Translations under genes and position numbers: made by a program | The notes under the pieces: model-generated | Told to the model about the DNA's origin: nothing | Databases searched by the model: none | Seen by the model: the letters and a program-made list of their open reading frames with translations, nothing else | In this document: positions 27,708 to 42,030 of the stretch, piece by piece | Numbering within the stretch: the first letter of the stretch is position 1 | Layout: the number at the start of each line of letters is the position of its first letter | From: Eledone cirrhosa | Lineage: Eukaryota | Assembly: GCA_964016885.1 (NCBI GenBank) | Contig: OZ024740.1 | Location: 131,440,001-131,504,000 of the forward strand | Length of the DNA stretch: 64,000 bases | Direction of reading: 5' to 3'

Positions 27708-30700
27708 TATAGATAAGTGTGTATATATATATATGTATGTGTGTGTGTGTGTGTGTGTGTATGTGTGTGTGTATATATATATAGTTTTAGGGATCACATT
27801 GATTTACAGCACATTGCAGAAAATCAACATATTTTTACTAAGAGCATGAAATTACCTCATTACTTATCAATCAATCAATTAGTATAATTGTTATCATAGT
27901 ATTATCAACCGAAACAAACATATATCATTACGAAAGTGTTTAAACGCATGTTATGACATCTAGAAATATAAAAGTTATCTCTATTAACAAAATATTTCGT
28001 GTTGAAACATGCAGTACGTAATGTAAATATTAAATGTTTAAATTATGTTAAAATCGTTGAATATTCAACTTTAATTGCTGCGATTCAAGATATAATAACT
28101 TAAACAAGTAAATTAAACAAACCCAACGGGAAGTGAAGGTATGTTTTGGTTGGTTTCTTCGCGCATCACACACAAACAAACAAAAGGTGACAATAGAAAA
28201 GTAAGTACATCAATGGAATAAGGGTGTAATGCGGAATGTTTATTGATACTAGTTTTATAATATCAGGAAGAAAAATACCCCGGGTTTGCAAAGCAGCCTG
28301 ACTGCTGTTTCTAGCATTAGCAATCAACCATATGAGATTCTCTCTGCACGTCCGTTAATGTTGATCGTGTTTCGTGGCCAGCGTCTCCGATTTGAAGGCA
28401 GGTTTACACACAGATGCACGAACACACACAAGCAAGGGCACACGCACACATACACACATACACGCACATACACACGCGCGCGCACATGCACGCCTTGACA
28501 TACAAAGACTCACAAACATACAAATACACATTCATATATAATTATCTATGTCTATATCCATATAGAATGATCTATATCTGCATCTACATATAATATAAAA
28601 GATTGGAACCTCCATCATTCTTTTAAGAAGTGTGGACCAACCATGTATTTGCAATGACACGCTCTTTGCGGTCAGACGGAAGATGAACCATCTGGTAATG
28701 ATCACTGTCTTTGGAGGAAGTCTTTAAGGAGAAAATTCATGTATTCCAAAGATTCCTTTCATCCATTTTTCTAACGAGCTGTCATTCAAATTCTCAAGAC
28801 TTCAGTTCCTTGTTAGGGCCAGGTTTGCTGTGGCCACATATAAAGCTCATGCTCAGAGTTTTCAAGTTGTAGAATTGATTACAAACCGATCGCTTTTTAC
28901 CAACAGTTAGGTATTTATAGGTTCACGAATGGGAACACCTAGAAGTCTTCATATACTATGCACGAACGGTGAAACGAAGAATCTGGTTTATCTGGAAGAT
29001 TCTTTACAGTTTTTCCTTTTGCTTTTGCTTTGTTTGTCCTGCCCCACATACACACCACAGTCTCGTTTCTTATTGTAAACCAGATACAGTCATTTTCTCT
29101 TCTACCTGTCTTGTTTTATCACATGTTTACTCGGTCGACCTGGACACGACAGTTAGTGCTCTATAAAACCTGCCAGTTGAGTAAATAAATGCAAACGTCA
29201 AATGCGCATAACTGAGGGAATGGTACATCCGGTTGTGCAGTAGAAACTCAGTGGCAACTATAGAAAATAGTATGACTTAAATATTTGACGTGACCCACAC
29301 ATCAAATATGCTTGAATGCTTGCCAAGACTAAGTGTTAAATGTTGGCTAGAAACAGAATCGAAACTGTATCAAGATATTGCCAGAAAAAAATGCATATTG
29401 CCGCAAAGTTACAACAAAATCTTTTCGAAAAATATGGGCCATGTGCAACTATACAGACAAAGCATTTCAGAAATATATGTTAGATACTCGTCTTAAGTTA
29501 AGGATATTTTGATGAACAATCTGTTTGTGTCTGAATGAAAATATTACGCAGAACATGTTTGATAAGTTTCCAAATGTCTGAAATTTTAGATGCAAAATCA
29601 TAATATATGACATTCGAAATAGAAGGCCTCTTGGAACTCCGTTCATAATTCGCTATGTCCGAAATACTAAAACTACAAATAAAATAATCTAGTAACTGCG
29701 TACTAGATATACGCACTGATATAAAGAGTCATATATAATACTAATTCAATTAAAAGATCAATCACTTTCATGGTATACCCAGTAGATTGGATAATTATTC
29801 ATTATTCTCTTTCTCAAATGTAGTATATTCGAGTTATTCAGTGATCTAAATAGAGAGCCCTTCATAGAAAAGCGTCGGATGTGAAGAAACAATTTAAAAC
29901 ATTAAAAGCGAATTAGATTTGCACGACAATTGAGGATATGTAAATGCATATGTGTGTTTTATAACGAATAATAAAATTATTCTATTATTTTTCAGTGCTA
30001 GGACAAAAGAATGACGATAGTCGTCTAAATCACTTAGTCTAAGAGGCTGTTTGCTTGGAAACGAATCGAATATTATCATTATTCGACATAAATCTCATGA
30101 ATGAATTTACGCGTCCTCTATGTTTGAGCAAAACTAATTTTGTTTATAATTTCCTGAAAGGCCGCCGTAAAATCGATCGGTATGCAAATTAGGCTAATTA
30201 GCCTAGGTATACTTTACAGAATACTATATAATAGCAAGTGTTCTAGTGTGTGACAGTGAAGAGAGAGATATACAGTCTTCATAAAGGGCAATCACCGAGA
30301 AAGATATTATTGTCGAATGTTTCTCTCTGTCACAGCTAGGACAAAAGGACGTCGGTAGTCCTTTGAAAGAAATAGCGTAATGAAGCTGTTTTCTGACAAA
30401 ATAATCAAATATTAATACTATTCGATATAAAACTCACAAATGAATATTGAAATATCAAAAGAATGATACAATTCTGAAATAGAAAGAAAATAATCAATAA
30501 AAATTCCAGGCCATTAAATAGGGAACTTCGTCCTTCAAGAAGAGAAAACATTTCACAGATTGAAAGAACGTGGAGGAAAAAGAAATATACTTTAAGCTGA
30601 ATCTGGAAAATTCCGTTATTTTTACTGTTGTTTATATAAATAAAATTGAACAAATCCACCAATAACATAAAATTAAAATATTATGGATATCCGTATATTC

Positions 30701-31530
30701 ATTTGACGAAATGAATTCAAAGTTATACTCTATTAAACTCTTTTAAGTGACGGTGAGCTCTTATAATGCCTCAAACAATATTTGCCAAATTAATATCAGA
30801 CAATTTGACCTTAACTAATGCTAGCAATAAAATATACGTATTCGTTTAGTATGATTATCTTTGGTGACTGACAAGCAGAATTCGTGCCTTCATTGTGTCA
30901 CTATTGCAGATTCGATATATAAACAATTAATTGAATAACTAATGTGTTAATATCTAAATTAGTAGTCAATTCAATTGATATAAGTACTATTTAATCATAT
31001 AAAACAGTGATTATCTTTATTGGTTTCGACAACCACTATTTTAAATATTGTATGTGTAGCTGAATTAGTTTAACTAATAACTTATTGTAAGTTAATGGAT
31101 GTAAGATCATTTATCTTACTCTGACAATTATCACCGATACACGCTTATATTACTATTCAGGATATTGCAGAATCTCTTGATTTTCACGTCACAACCCGGT
31201 CAATTGTATTATCTAAAGAGTCAAAATAAAATAAAAAGACAAATGCATGTATATCCATGAATGACACACAAGAATTGCGCCCAGAATAATATATTAGCAC
31301 AATTATATTACGAATAATTATATTTATCGATTATTTCTATAATGAATTTCCCATATAGGTATGTAGCAGATGTTCCTCTTTGAGTCGTAGTTTGAGCAAT
31401 GTGTACCATCTAAATATTCGAGAAAGATATCTGCATCAAGTAATCTGAATCTACCTTAGTTTAGATAAGTAAGTTTCCTTCCATTTACAAATAATTCGAT
31501 TAGCTACAAGTATGCAATATATTTTTTCAT

Positions 31531-31577
<47 letters not shown>

Positions 31578-31579
<2 letters not shown>

Positions 31580-31636
31580 TGAGATTTGCGTTCCGCTTTG
31601 TTTTTGGCAAACGCCGAAATACGATCTCGCTGTAAT

Positions 31637-31722
<86 letters not shown>

Positions 31723-31777
31723 CAGCGAGATCGTATTTCGGCGGTTGCCAAAAACAAAGCGGAACGCAAATCTAAAG
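31578..31777. repeat. ~60-bp inverted repeat arms around a (TA)n spacer
   Basis: agatttgcgttccgctttgtttttggcaa..cgatctcgctg pairs with cagcgagatcg..ttgccaaaaacaaagcggaacgcaaatct. Confidence 0.9.
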
Positions 31778-31811
31778 ATGTGCGGCAAGCGCTCAATGGA
31801 CTAAAAGAAGA

Positions 31812-31867
<56 letters not shown>

Positions 31868-31914
31868 AATGAATAATAACAGGTAGACATCATAAAAAGG
31901 TAATTCATTCCGTG

Positions 31915-32026
31915 TGCTTACAAATGTTTCCACGGTGGTTATACAGCCTAGTTATGATATGTGCAAATTTACAACTATTTGCAGAACTCAAATATCAAAT
32001 GCTGTGACCACTGTGTCATCAGAGCA
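31915..32026 (-). ncRNA. Type I hammerhead ribozyme with extended stem II
   Basis: Minus strand: tgct-CTGATGA-cacagtggtcacagc...gctgtataaccaccgtg-GAAA-catttg-TA-agca. Confidence 0.78.
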
Positions 32027-32085
32027 GAATGGTTAAAATGTACAATGTAAAATAAATAAAAAAAAATTCGCTGTACTTACTATAT

Positions 32086-32173
32086 GTACATTTACCGAGC
32101 GGTTTCAAATCCCAAAATAAATGGATATTCCAGGCGGATTTCCATTGAGAAGGGGACTCTCGTCAGAAGGTTC
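32086..32173 (-). ncRNA. Type I hammerhead ribozyme, imperfect stem I
   Basis: Minus strand: gaacctt-CTGACGA-gagtccc...gggattt-GAAA-ccgctcgg-TA-aatgtac. Confidence 0.7.
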
Positions 32174-32203
32174 TTCTCGCTCAGAGAATATAAAATTCCA
32201 GAG

Positions 32204-34350
<2,147 letters not shown>

Positions 34351-34819
34351 AAATAAATAAATAAATAAATATATAAATAAATACACAAGCACAATCATAA
34401 CAAACACATACAAACACACACTAGTAAACTAAGTTAGAATACAATAACCAATACTCAGTCACCCAAAAACTATACACACACGCAAACGCATGCGTAGAGA
34501 AGAAGACAAACACAAATAAATAAATAAACAGACTAAATAAAGATGGCGTAGGCATACAATAAAATAGGAGGAAACATAATAGCTCCACTGACGATATTAC
34601 AGAAGTGCAACGAAATAACTTTGTTAGACTATATATATGTGTTTGTGTCTAATTATATCTGTATTTTTGGCCGTTGGTCAATCAATGGTAAATATTGAGG
34701 ACCGAATAAATTAAATTAACCGATATAAAAGACACGGAAGCGAAAACCAACCAAACAGTGAGTGTGTTCTGTTATTAATTCTGGCAATATTATTACACAA
34801 ATATGACCCTCCCTAAGTA

Positions 34820-34895
<76 letters not shown>

Positions 34896-34978
34896 ATAAT
34901 AATAAATTTGAAGACTAAAATCCAAAGAGGACTCGATAACGATAAATATATATCAAATGTATAAGAACCGTAAAGAAA

Positions 34979-35780
34979 ATATTTATTAAAATAACATTAA
35001 AGTTTAAGCAAAGAATCGCTGCTTTCAGACTTAACGGGATCTTCTGAAACTAACAAATCAATCTGTAAACGCAGAAGTGGATATTTCAAGAAACGTTGCA
35101 ACCGGAGGAAGACAGGAAGACGATACTTTGGTTCGTGGAAACGTTCCCTGGCAAAGAACGGGAAAAAACGAATATAATACGTCATTAATTGAAGCGGTGA
35201 AAAACAATTACGCGCAAAGACAGAACCACGTTTATGGTATAAAAGAAGTCGTAGACTAATGTTCTCTTAGGTGGTTCATAGAGACGTTCTCTGGCAATAA
35301 ACGGAAAAAACGAAGATAATACGTCATATGTGAACCGTGGAGAACAATTGCACGCAGAGACAAAACCACGTAAATGGTATAGCTGAAGTCGTAGACTAAA
35401 TTCTAACTAGGAAACCGAATGATTCTCCGCTTCAGAGTTAAGAAAAAGTAAATAAAATACAATACAGAGGTAATTGATATTAAATAAATACATACACGCA
35501 TCCAAATACGTACATACATAAGCATACGCAAAAATATTAGTCTACGGCTTCCTTCATACCACAAACGTGGCTCCGTCCTTGCGCGCAACTGCTCTTCACC
35601 GTTCCCACCAATGACGCACTATATTCGCTCTTCCCCGCTCCTTGCCAGGGAACGCCTCCACGAATTAAAGCATCGCCCTCCTGTCCTCCTCCGGCTGCAA
35701 CGTTCATTGAAACATCCCCCTCCGTGTCTACAGATTGACCCTGCTAGTTTCAGAAGATCCTCTGTTATTTTAATAAATAT
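34979..35780. repeat. Inverted repeat (~225-bp arms 35037-35260 and 35536-35760) with an internal partial direct copy at 35283-35400
   Basis: Manual alignment of the arms. Outer ends atatttattaaaataac / gttattttaataaatat also pair. Confidence 0.92.
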
Positions 35781-36874
35781 ATATATATGTATATATATAA
35801 AGAAAAAGAGAAATAATCGAAAATGCAACTGGAGTCTTATTTATTTTTTTTTTAAATATATATATTTATTTGGCTCCTTTACTGGTTTCGCAGTTCTTCT
35901 GCTTTTCAAAAGGTGAGTTGAGATGGAGGGTCTGTGGTTTTTCTCACATCTGGTTGGTCTCTGAATGTTACTTGTTTTATATGGAAAAAGTGGCTCGAAA
36001 TGCCAGGTTTTTCGAGAAGTAATTTGATTGGTTTGTCAATAATTATAATAAATTTCGCGCCAGTTCGCGTTACAATAGTTCTTCAAACAAGGGGGGGGGG
36101 GTCGCAGGTAGAGAGAGAGAGAGAAAGAGAGAGTTAAATAGTCAGGGATCCCTGCGGCCTAGCTCCGGTCGTTTCGACTGGTAGTTACGAACTAATCCAC
36201 CAGTATTAGAACGCCGGGAATCTAACTGAATATATTAAAGGATTCAGTCCATATATAGGCATGCAGTTAAAGCAAAAAAAAAAAAAATGAAGAAATACCT
36301 TCATCACGGCGGAGGGATAAGTAGGCCAAACTTGCAAGGGGAAGGGGTAAGAAAGGAGACTGACCTGAGGATGCCAACCAGCCAGGCCTGCACGCACGGC
36401 ATTAAGAGAGATTATATACTATACAACTATGTTTATTCTGTAGAGACCGTAACTTCAATTCAAAGGGTTAAAAGTAAAAATAAAAACACAGAAAAAATAT
36501 AATTTTGTCATGTAAGAATCAACGAAGGTAGAGTGTAGTGTTTAAGTTAACTTTGCTGAATCTAAACATGGCTAACAAGACAACAATATATATTTTATTA
36601 CTAATTCAGTTCCTGGTAAAGAAATATATTTATCAATTACTCTGAGGCACAGGAAGGGCGCTTCATACATTAATTTACTTGTTTTTTTCTTTTATATTTA
36701 AATACCCCAAAAAATCCACCCTTAGTCTAGTATGGTGCCATAGCTATTTTTTCGGCCGGTTCCATAGAGTGAAAATATTCCGACTTTACCTAAATATATA
36801 TGTGTGTGTGTGTGTGTGTTTGTATGTATATATATATATATATATGTGTGTGGGTATGTATATGTATATATATG

Positions 36875-36906
<32 letters not shown>

Positions 36907-37298
36907 TATGTATGTGTGTGTGAGTGTGAGTGTGCGTGTATCAGTGTGCATATGTTTATGTGATTGTTTGCGTAAATAAGACCGTCATTATTTTACCTGG
37001 AAAGTAAACATGTATATAAATACCAAATCAATCTACGAACTCAAGGATATGTAAAGATTAAACGTATATTAAGCAACACTCCAAACCGGCCAAACAGCTC
37101 CTATTCAGTAGCAATTAACACTAGGAGTGTGACGGCACCAATCTGCAGATATCATATCACGTAGTTTCTGTAATATTAAGAAAGTATGATATTTTTTAAG
37201 AATGATTATTCTGCTTCTTCTTATATATGGAATGATATAAATATTTATAATACTACATCAGTTATCCTAACTTAAACATTATATGGTGATATTATATG

Positions 37299-37477
37299 TG
37301 GATTGGCAGTATCTGTAGAGGGTTGGACGCCATGTTTTCACGTATAGAGTTACGGCCCTTGCCATTCTGAGTTCAAATCCCGCCGACGTTAACTTTGCTT
37401 TCATCCTTACAGGGTCGATAAAATAAAGTACCAGTAATGGCTAATTGCTGGCCTTGTGCCAAAAGTAGAAACAATTA
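37299..37477 (+). mobile_element. tRNA-derived SINE
   Basis: B box gagttcaaatccc, core tttcatcctt..gggtcgataaaataaagtacc, tail gctggccttgtgccaaaagtagaaac. Confidence 0.85.
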
Positions 37478-38078
37478 TACATTTTTAGTTGTACAGCCGT
37501 CTTCTAAGCATACTATGCCGTTGCATCGTCACATCAATATCGCTCTTATTTGGAATCTGCGTATTTTACCATGTTTGACCCTGTGGTTTATTTCATTAGC
37601 TCTTGTCATTCACTCTAGTCTGCTTTCTGAGAATCGTCTTTACTGTTTTACACAAAATATGCAACATTTTGCAAACCTATTTGCATTCGGTTACAATTCT
37701 ACCAAGAGGAGTGAATGGTGCAAATGTCTAAGTATCCATAGTAATCACTTCAAAATAAAACACATATTGCTTCATCCTATAATAGAGACTTTAAATTGAA
37801 ATTGATGGTGAAGAAATTAATGTTAGCAACGGGAAACTTAAAGTTTACGATGACGGAATTCATAATAAACAAATTCAGATGGAGAATCTGTATGTCTCCA
37901 TAAGATATGGCAGCTCCAGTGAACTGGAAATTATTAATTTGTATAGTTGAGATTCTTACGGTAGTAGGTAATTAAAGTTTACATTAAATTGTACAAAAAA
38001 ACCTTTGAAGTCTACTATGAATTCATATTTGCACAAACAGTATAGTACATTATTAATATGGATTATATATGTGCGCTG

Positions 38079-38262
38079 GATTGGCAGTATCGGTGGAGGG
38101 TCGGACGCTATGCTTTCCAGCATAGTTACGTCCCTTTACGATCTGAGTTCAAATCCCGCCGAGTTTGATTTTGCCTTTCATCCTTAAGGGGTCGATAAAA
38201 TAAAGTACCAGGGTAATTGCACTGGGTAATTGCTGGCCTTGTGCCTAAAGTAGAAACAATTA
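38079..38262 (+). mobile_element. tRNA-derived SINE (same family as 37299)
   Basis: Collinear with 37299-37477. Confidence 0.85.
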
Positions 38263-38278
38263 TATATGTATATATATG

Positions 38279-38535
38279 TGAAGGCACGTGCATCTGTGGT
38301 TAAGTTATACGTCTCACAACCGTAAGGTCGTGAGTTCAATTCCCGGCGGAACGTTGCGTCCTTGAGCAATACACTTTATATCACGTTTCTACATTCCACT
38401 CAGCTGGAAAAAATGGGTTGTGCATGTAATTCGAGGTCAGCCTTATCACAACCGGTGTCGCACTGAATCTCCCACTTGTGGAATGCTCAGCCCGTTAATT
38501 TAACAGGCTCTCCAGTTGATCGGAGTGCCTGTAAA
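38279..38535 (+). mobile_element. Second tRNA-derived SINE family
   Basis: A box gtggttaag, B box gagttcaattccc, core gtccttgagcaa.acacttt, ending in a TA run. Confidence 0.7.
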
Positions 38536-38612
<77 letters not shown>

Positions 38613-39047
38613 TAGATAGATAGATAGAAATGTCTGTGTGGGTATATGTATATATATATATATATATATATGCATATACTGTCGTTGAAATTTCACAAGA
38701 AGCTGAACTGCTAGAAGTAGACAATTACCCAAAATGCCTCAAGGTCAAAATGAAACCAAAGTAGTCAAGCATACAGACATAACCCCGCTGAACATGTATT
38801 ATAATATGAGAATATCTTAGTTGGTGAATACGAATCTCTAAAATGATTATACAGAAAAAATTTGACACATCAACATTTTTCTATTATTTAATGAGACAGG
38901 GCTGATTTACATTCAAGATAAAATATTGAATTAAATCAAGGATTAAGATAAGGCGTCTGAGAAATTTCATTCAATGAAGGTTTCATCTAGTTGTATAGAC
39001 TTAAATAATATTGAAAGTAATTACATTTTTCAGTCTCAGTTAAGACG

Positions 39048-39099
<52 letters not shown>

Positions 39100-39103
<4 letters not shown>

Positions 39104-39296
39104 AAAAAGTATGACCCCGGCGGCAGAGTTCAAGCCGTTTCGACGGGTATTTCTGGACTCAGTCCAGAAATAGCCGTCGAAACGGCTTGAGCTCTACCGT
39201 CGGGGTCATATGTTTCCTATTTCCCACTCTACTACCCTAAGTATTGAGTAATCTGGTGCGTTATGGTGCATCTGGTTCCTTACCACAATTCCTTTG

Positions 39297-39300
<4 letters not shown>
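39100..39300. mobile_element. Short element with a ~120-bp hairpin inserted in (TA)n
   Basis: tatgacccc..gtttcgacgg.tatttctggact-c-agtccagaaata.ccgtcgaaac..ggggtcata. Confidence 0.85.
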
Positions 39301-39324
<24 letters not shown>

Positions 39325-39329
<5 letters not shown>

Positions 39330-40576
39330 AATAAATTATCGAGAATTGGAACTTCGGCCCACGAAATAACGAAACACAATCTTCGAAATGTGCGGCAAAG
39401 TACTCAATGGTTCGGATAAACCAGAGCTATAACTAACGTTTAATACCAACACACTGAGACGATGTTTAAACAATCATTCGCACAGCCAAAAATACGACCA
39501 AGAAAATTCGGGTCAGACAAATAAAAATATATATGAAAGAAAAATTTACCCGGACCCCCTGGAAAGATGGTCAATTCCAGCATTTGGGTTTCTGCGGCTC
39601 CTAAATCAGTTACCGTCAGCCTACATAAAAAATGTCCGGCTTCTGGTAAGATGATGAACAAGGAAATCACTCTTTCAACAGGCGTTTAGTTCAATAATAC
39701 AAGGGAAGACCGTTACTAAATCCACGTGGGGACCAGCAAGGGAGGGAACCCCTATATTAGGCGAATGAATTCAGTTGTGTATATTATTGTAAGAATACAA
39801 AATATCACAAATCGATTTAGAGTTCTCAACAGACGGGTTAAAATTAACTTGAGCTATTCATCAGTCAATAGGATCAACTAAAAAATCAATAAAATTAACT
39901 GATCAATAGCTAGAGACTGGAGATAAATACAACTAAATTATCTAGAATCGGAACTTCGGCCCACGAAATAACGGAACACAATCTTAGAAATGAGAGGCAA
40001 ATTTCTCAATGGTTCGGATAAACCAGAGCTATAACTAACGTTTAATACTACCACACTGAAACGATGCTTAAACAATCATTCGCACAGCCAAAAATACGAC
40101 CAAGAAAATTCGGCTCAGACAAATAAAAATATATATGAAAGAAAAATTTATCCGGACCCACAGGAAAGATGGCAAATTCCAGCATTTGGGTTTCTGCGGC
40201 TCCTAAATCAGTTACCGTCAGCCTACGTAAAAAATGTCCGGCTTCTGGTAAGATGATGAAAAAGGAAGTCACTTTTTCAACAGGCGTTTAGTTCAATAAT
40301 ACAAGGGAAGACCGTTACTAAATCCACGTGGGGACCAGCAAGGGAGGGAACCCCTATATTAGGCGAATGAATTCAGTTGTGTATATTATTGTAAGAATAC
40401 AAAATATCACAAATCGAATTAGAGTTCTCAACAGTCGGGTTAAAATTAACATGAGCTATTCATCAGTCAATGGGATCAACTAAAAAATCAATAAAATTAA
40501 CTGATCAATAGCTAGAGACTGGAGATAAATACAAATAAATTATCGAGAATTGGAACTTCGGCCCACGAAATAACGA
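39325..40576. repeat. 602-bp tandem duplication (~2.1 copies)
   Basis: aaattatc.agaat.ggaacttcggcccacgaaataacg at 39333, 39935 and 40537. Confidence 0.93.
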
Positions 40577-40582
40577 GTTATG

Positions 40583-40937
40583 ATATATGGGTAAAAGGAA
40601 AAGAAAATGCTGACAAATTGTTCCCAGTGAAAAACAGTTTAATTAGGAATAAGTAAAAATTAGTAAAAATATTGGTTAGTATTCAGTTTTTGTTTTAAGT
40701 TTTACCGGTGGAGCATTTCTAATGCTTTTCAAAAATAATGTTGAGATAGAGCGCCCGTCAAACATCACGGGAGCTCTATCTCAAAATTATTTTTGAAAAG
40801 CATTAGAAATGCGCAACCGGTAAATCTTAAAACCAAAACTGAATACTAACCAATACTTTTACTAATGTTTACTTATTCCTAATTAAACTATTTTTCACTG
40901 GGAACAATTTGTCAGCATTTTCTTTTCCTTTTACCAA

Positions 40938-40942
<5 letters not shown>
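40583..40942. mobile_element. ~360-bp near-perfect palindrome (MITE/fold-back-like, TA-flanked)
   Basis: ~178-bp arms (ggtaaaaggaaaagaaaatgctgac... / ...gtcagcattttcttttccttttacc) with a ~4-nt loop near 40762. Confidence 0.85.
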
Positions 40943-40993
<51 letters not shown>

Positions 40994-41030
40994 GATGTTT
41001 ATATACATATATACATATATATACATACAT

Positions 41031-41083
<53 letters not shown>

Positions 41084-41088
<5 letters not shown>

Positions 41089-41673
41089 ACTAATTAGTTG
41101 GGAGTGAAATTTTAGTAAGTAAGTTAATTTTATAATTTTCTTATTTTACGTCTCTCATATTATTGCTCAGCAACCTCATGCATTGAACCACAAAGTTACT
41201 AAGACAAAACCTAAATATGTGCTACCATAAGTATGCATCTGTGTATATATATATTACTAGATATACGAATTCTTTATAATTATCTCCAAATTATTTGTCG
41301 AGCAAAAATTGGCCAAAATTGCTGCTATAGTGACAGTCCGGCTGCTGTCTTCTTAACAAACCACTCTCCACTGATTGACCTCGATATCACGTGATTAATT
41401 CTTTTGAATTTGCCACCGACGCAGTAGGCAGTGATTTTCTCAATGGCTTTGAATTTAGTCCACGCTTTGCTTATTCCATCCACTGAATTATTTTTGTATA
41501 AGTTCCCTGTGTCCACGTATTGCCTGGAAACTTAGCTGAGAATAGACTTCCCTGATGACGAAAGGCTTCTCTGTACGCTTCTTCGGAAAGTATGTTTATT
41601 CCCTTTCAGAAACTAATTAGTTTGGAGTGAAATTTTAGTAAGTAAGTTAATTCTATAATTTTCTTATTTTACG

Positions 41674-41683
<10 letters not shown>
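41084..41683 (+). mobile_element. Non-coding element with 77-bp terminal direct repeats and a degenerate hammerhead core (PLE/retrozyme-like)
   Basis: Repeats at 41084-41160 and 41607-41683. CTGATGA-cgaa..ttcg-GAAA at 41552-41589. Flanked by (TA)n. Confidence 0.6.
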
Positions 41684-41743
<60 letters not shown>

Positions 41744-41779
41744 CTATGTATGTATATATATGTATATATGTAACATGTA

Positions 41780-42030
41780 TCCCAGTACAACCTGTCCCAT
41801 GGTCGGGTCGTTGGCGACTAAACTGGCAACCCCACCAAGGTTTCTTGGTGAGGAGGGTGACTTTGGACATCCTTCAGGACTAAAAACAAAACCTGTCAAA
41901 GGGCAAAGGAGCTCTTAAGAGTCAATGGCCATCTAAAATCACTGGGAGAGATGACCCCTTAGTCTTTGTCAAGGCAGAATTCTAGGAGAAGGAAAACTCT
42001 GATATAACACCTGCAACCCTGATGGTATCC
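41780..42030 (+). mobile_element. Possible RTE-LINE 5' UTR-like fragment
   Basis: GC-richer segment with a taggagaaggaaaactctga motif I associate with RTE 5' ends. Not verified. Confidence 0.3.

Noticed and set aside
28600-31300. Possible host exons or a decayed transposase, including a weak repeat gctaggacaaaag at ~29997 and ~30335
   Set aside because: No sustained reading frame or recognisable motif.
34583-34630. CTGACGA..GAAA-taac-ttt-gtta downstream of the second PLE
   Set aside because: Probably an HHR relic, but the UH site and stem I partner are missing, so it is not called.
36163-36218. Minus-strand hammerhead-like stem II plus GAAAC
   Set aside because: Core reads CTAATA instead of CTGANGA; too degenerate.
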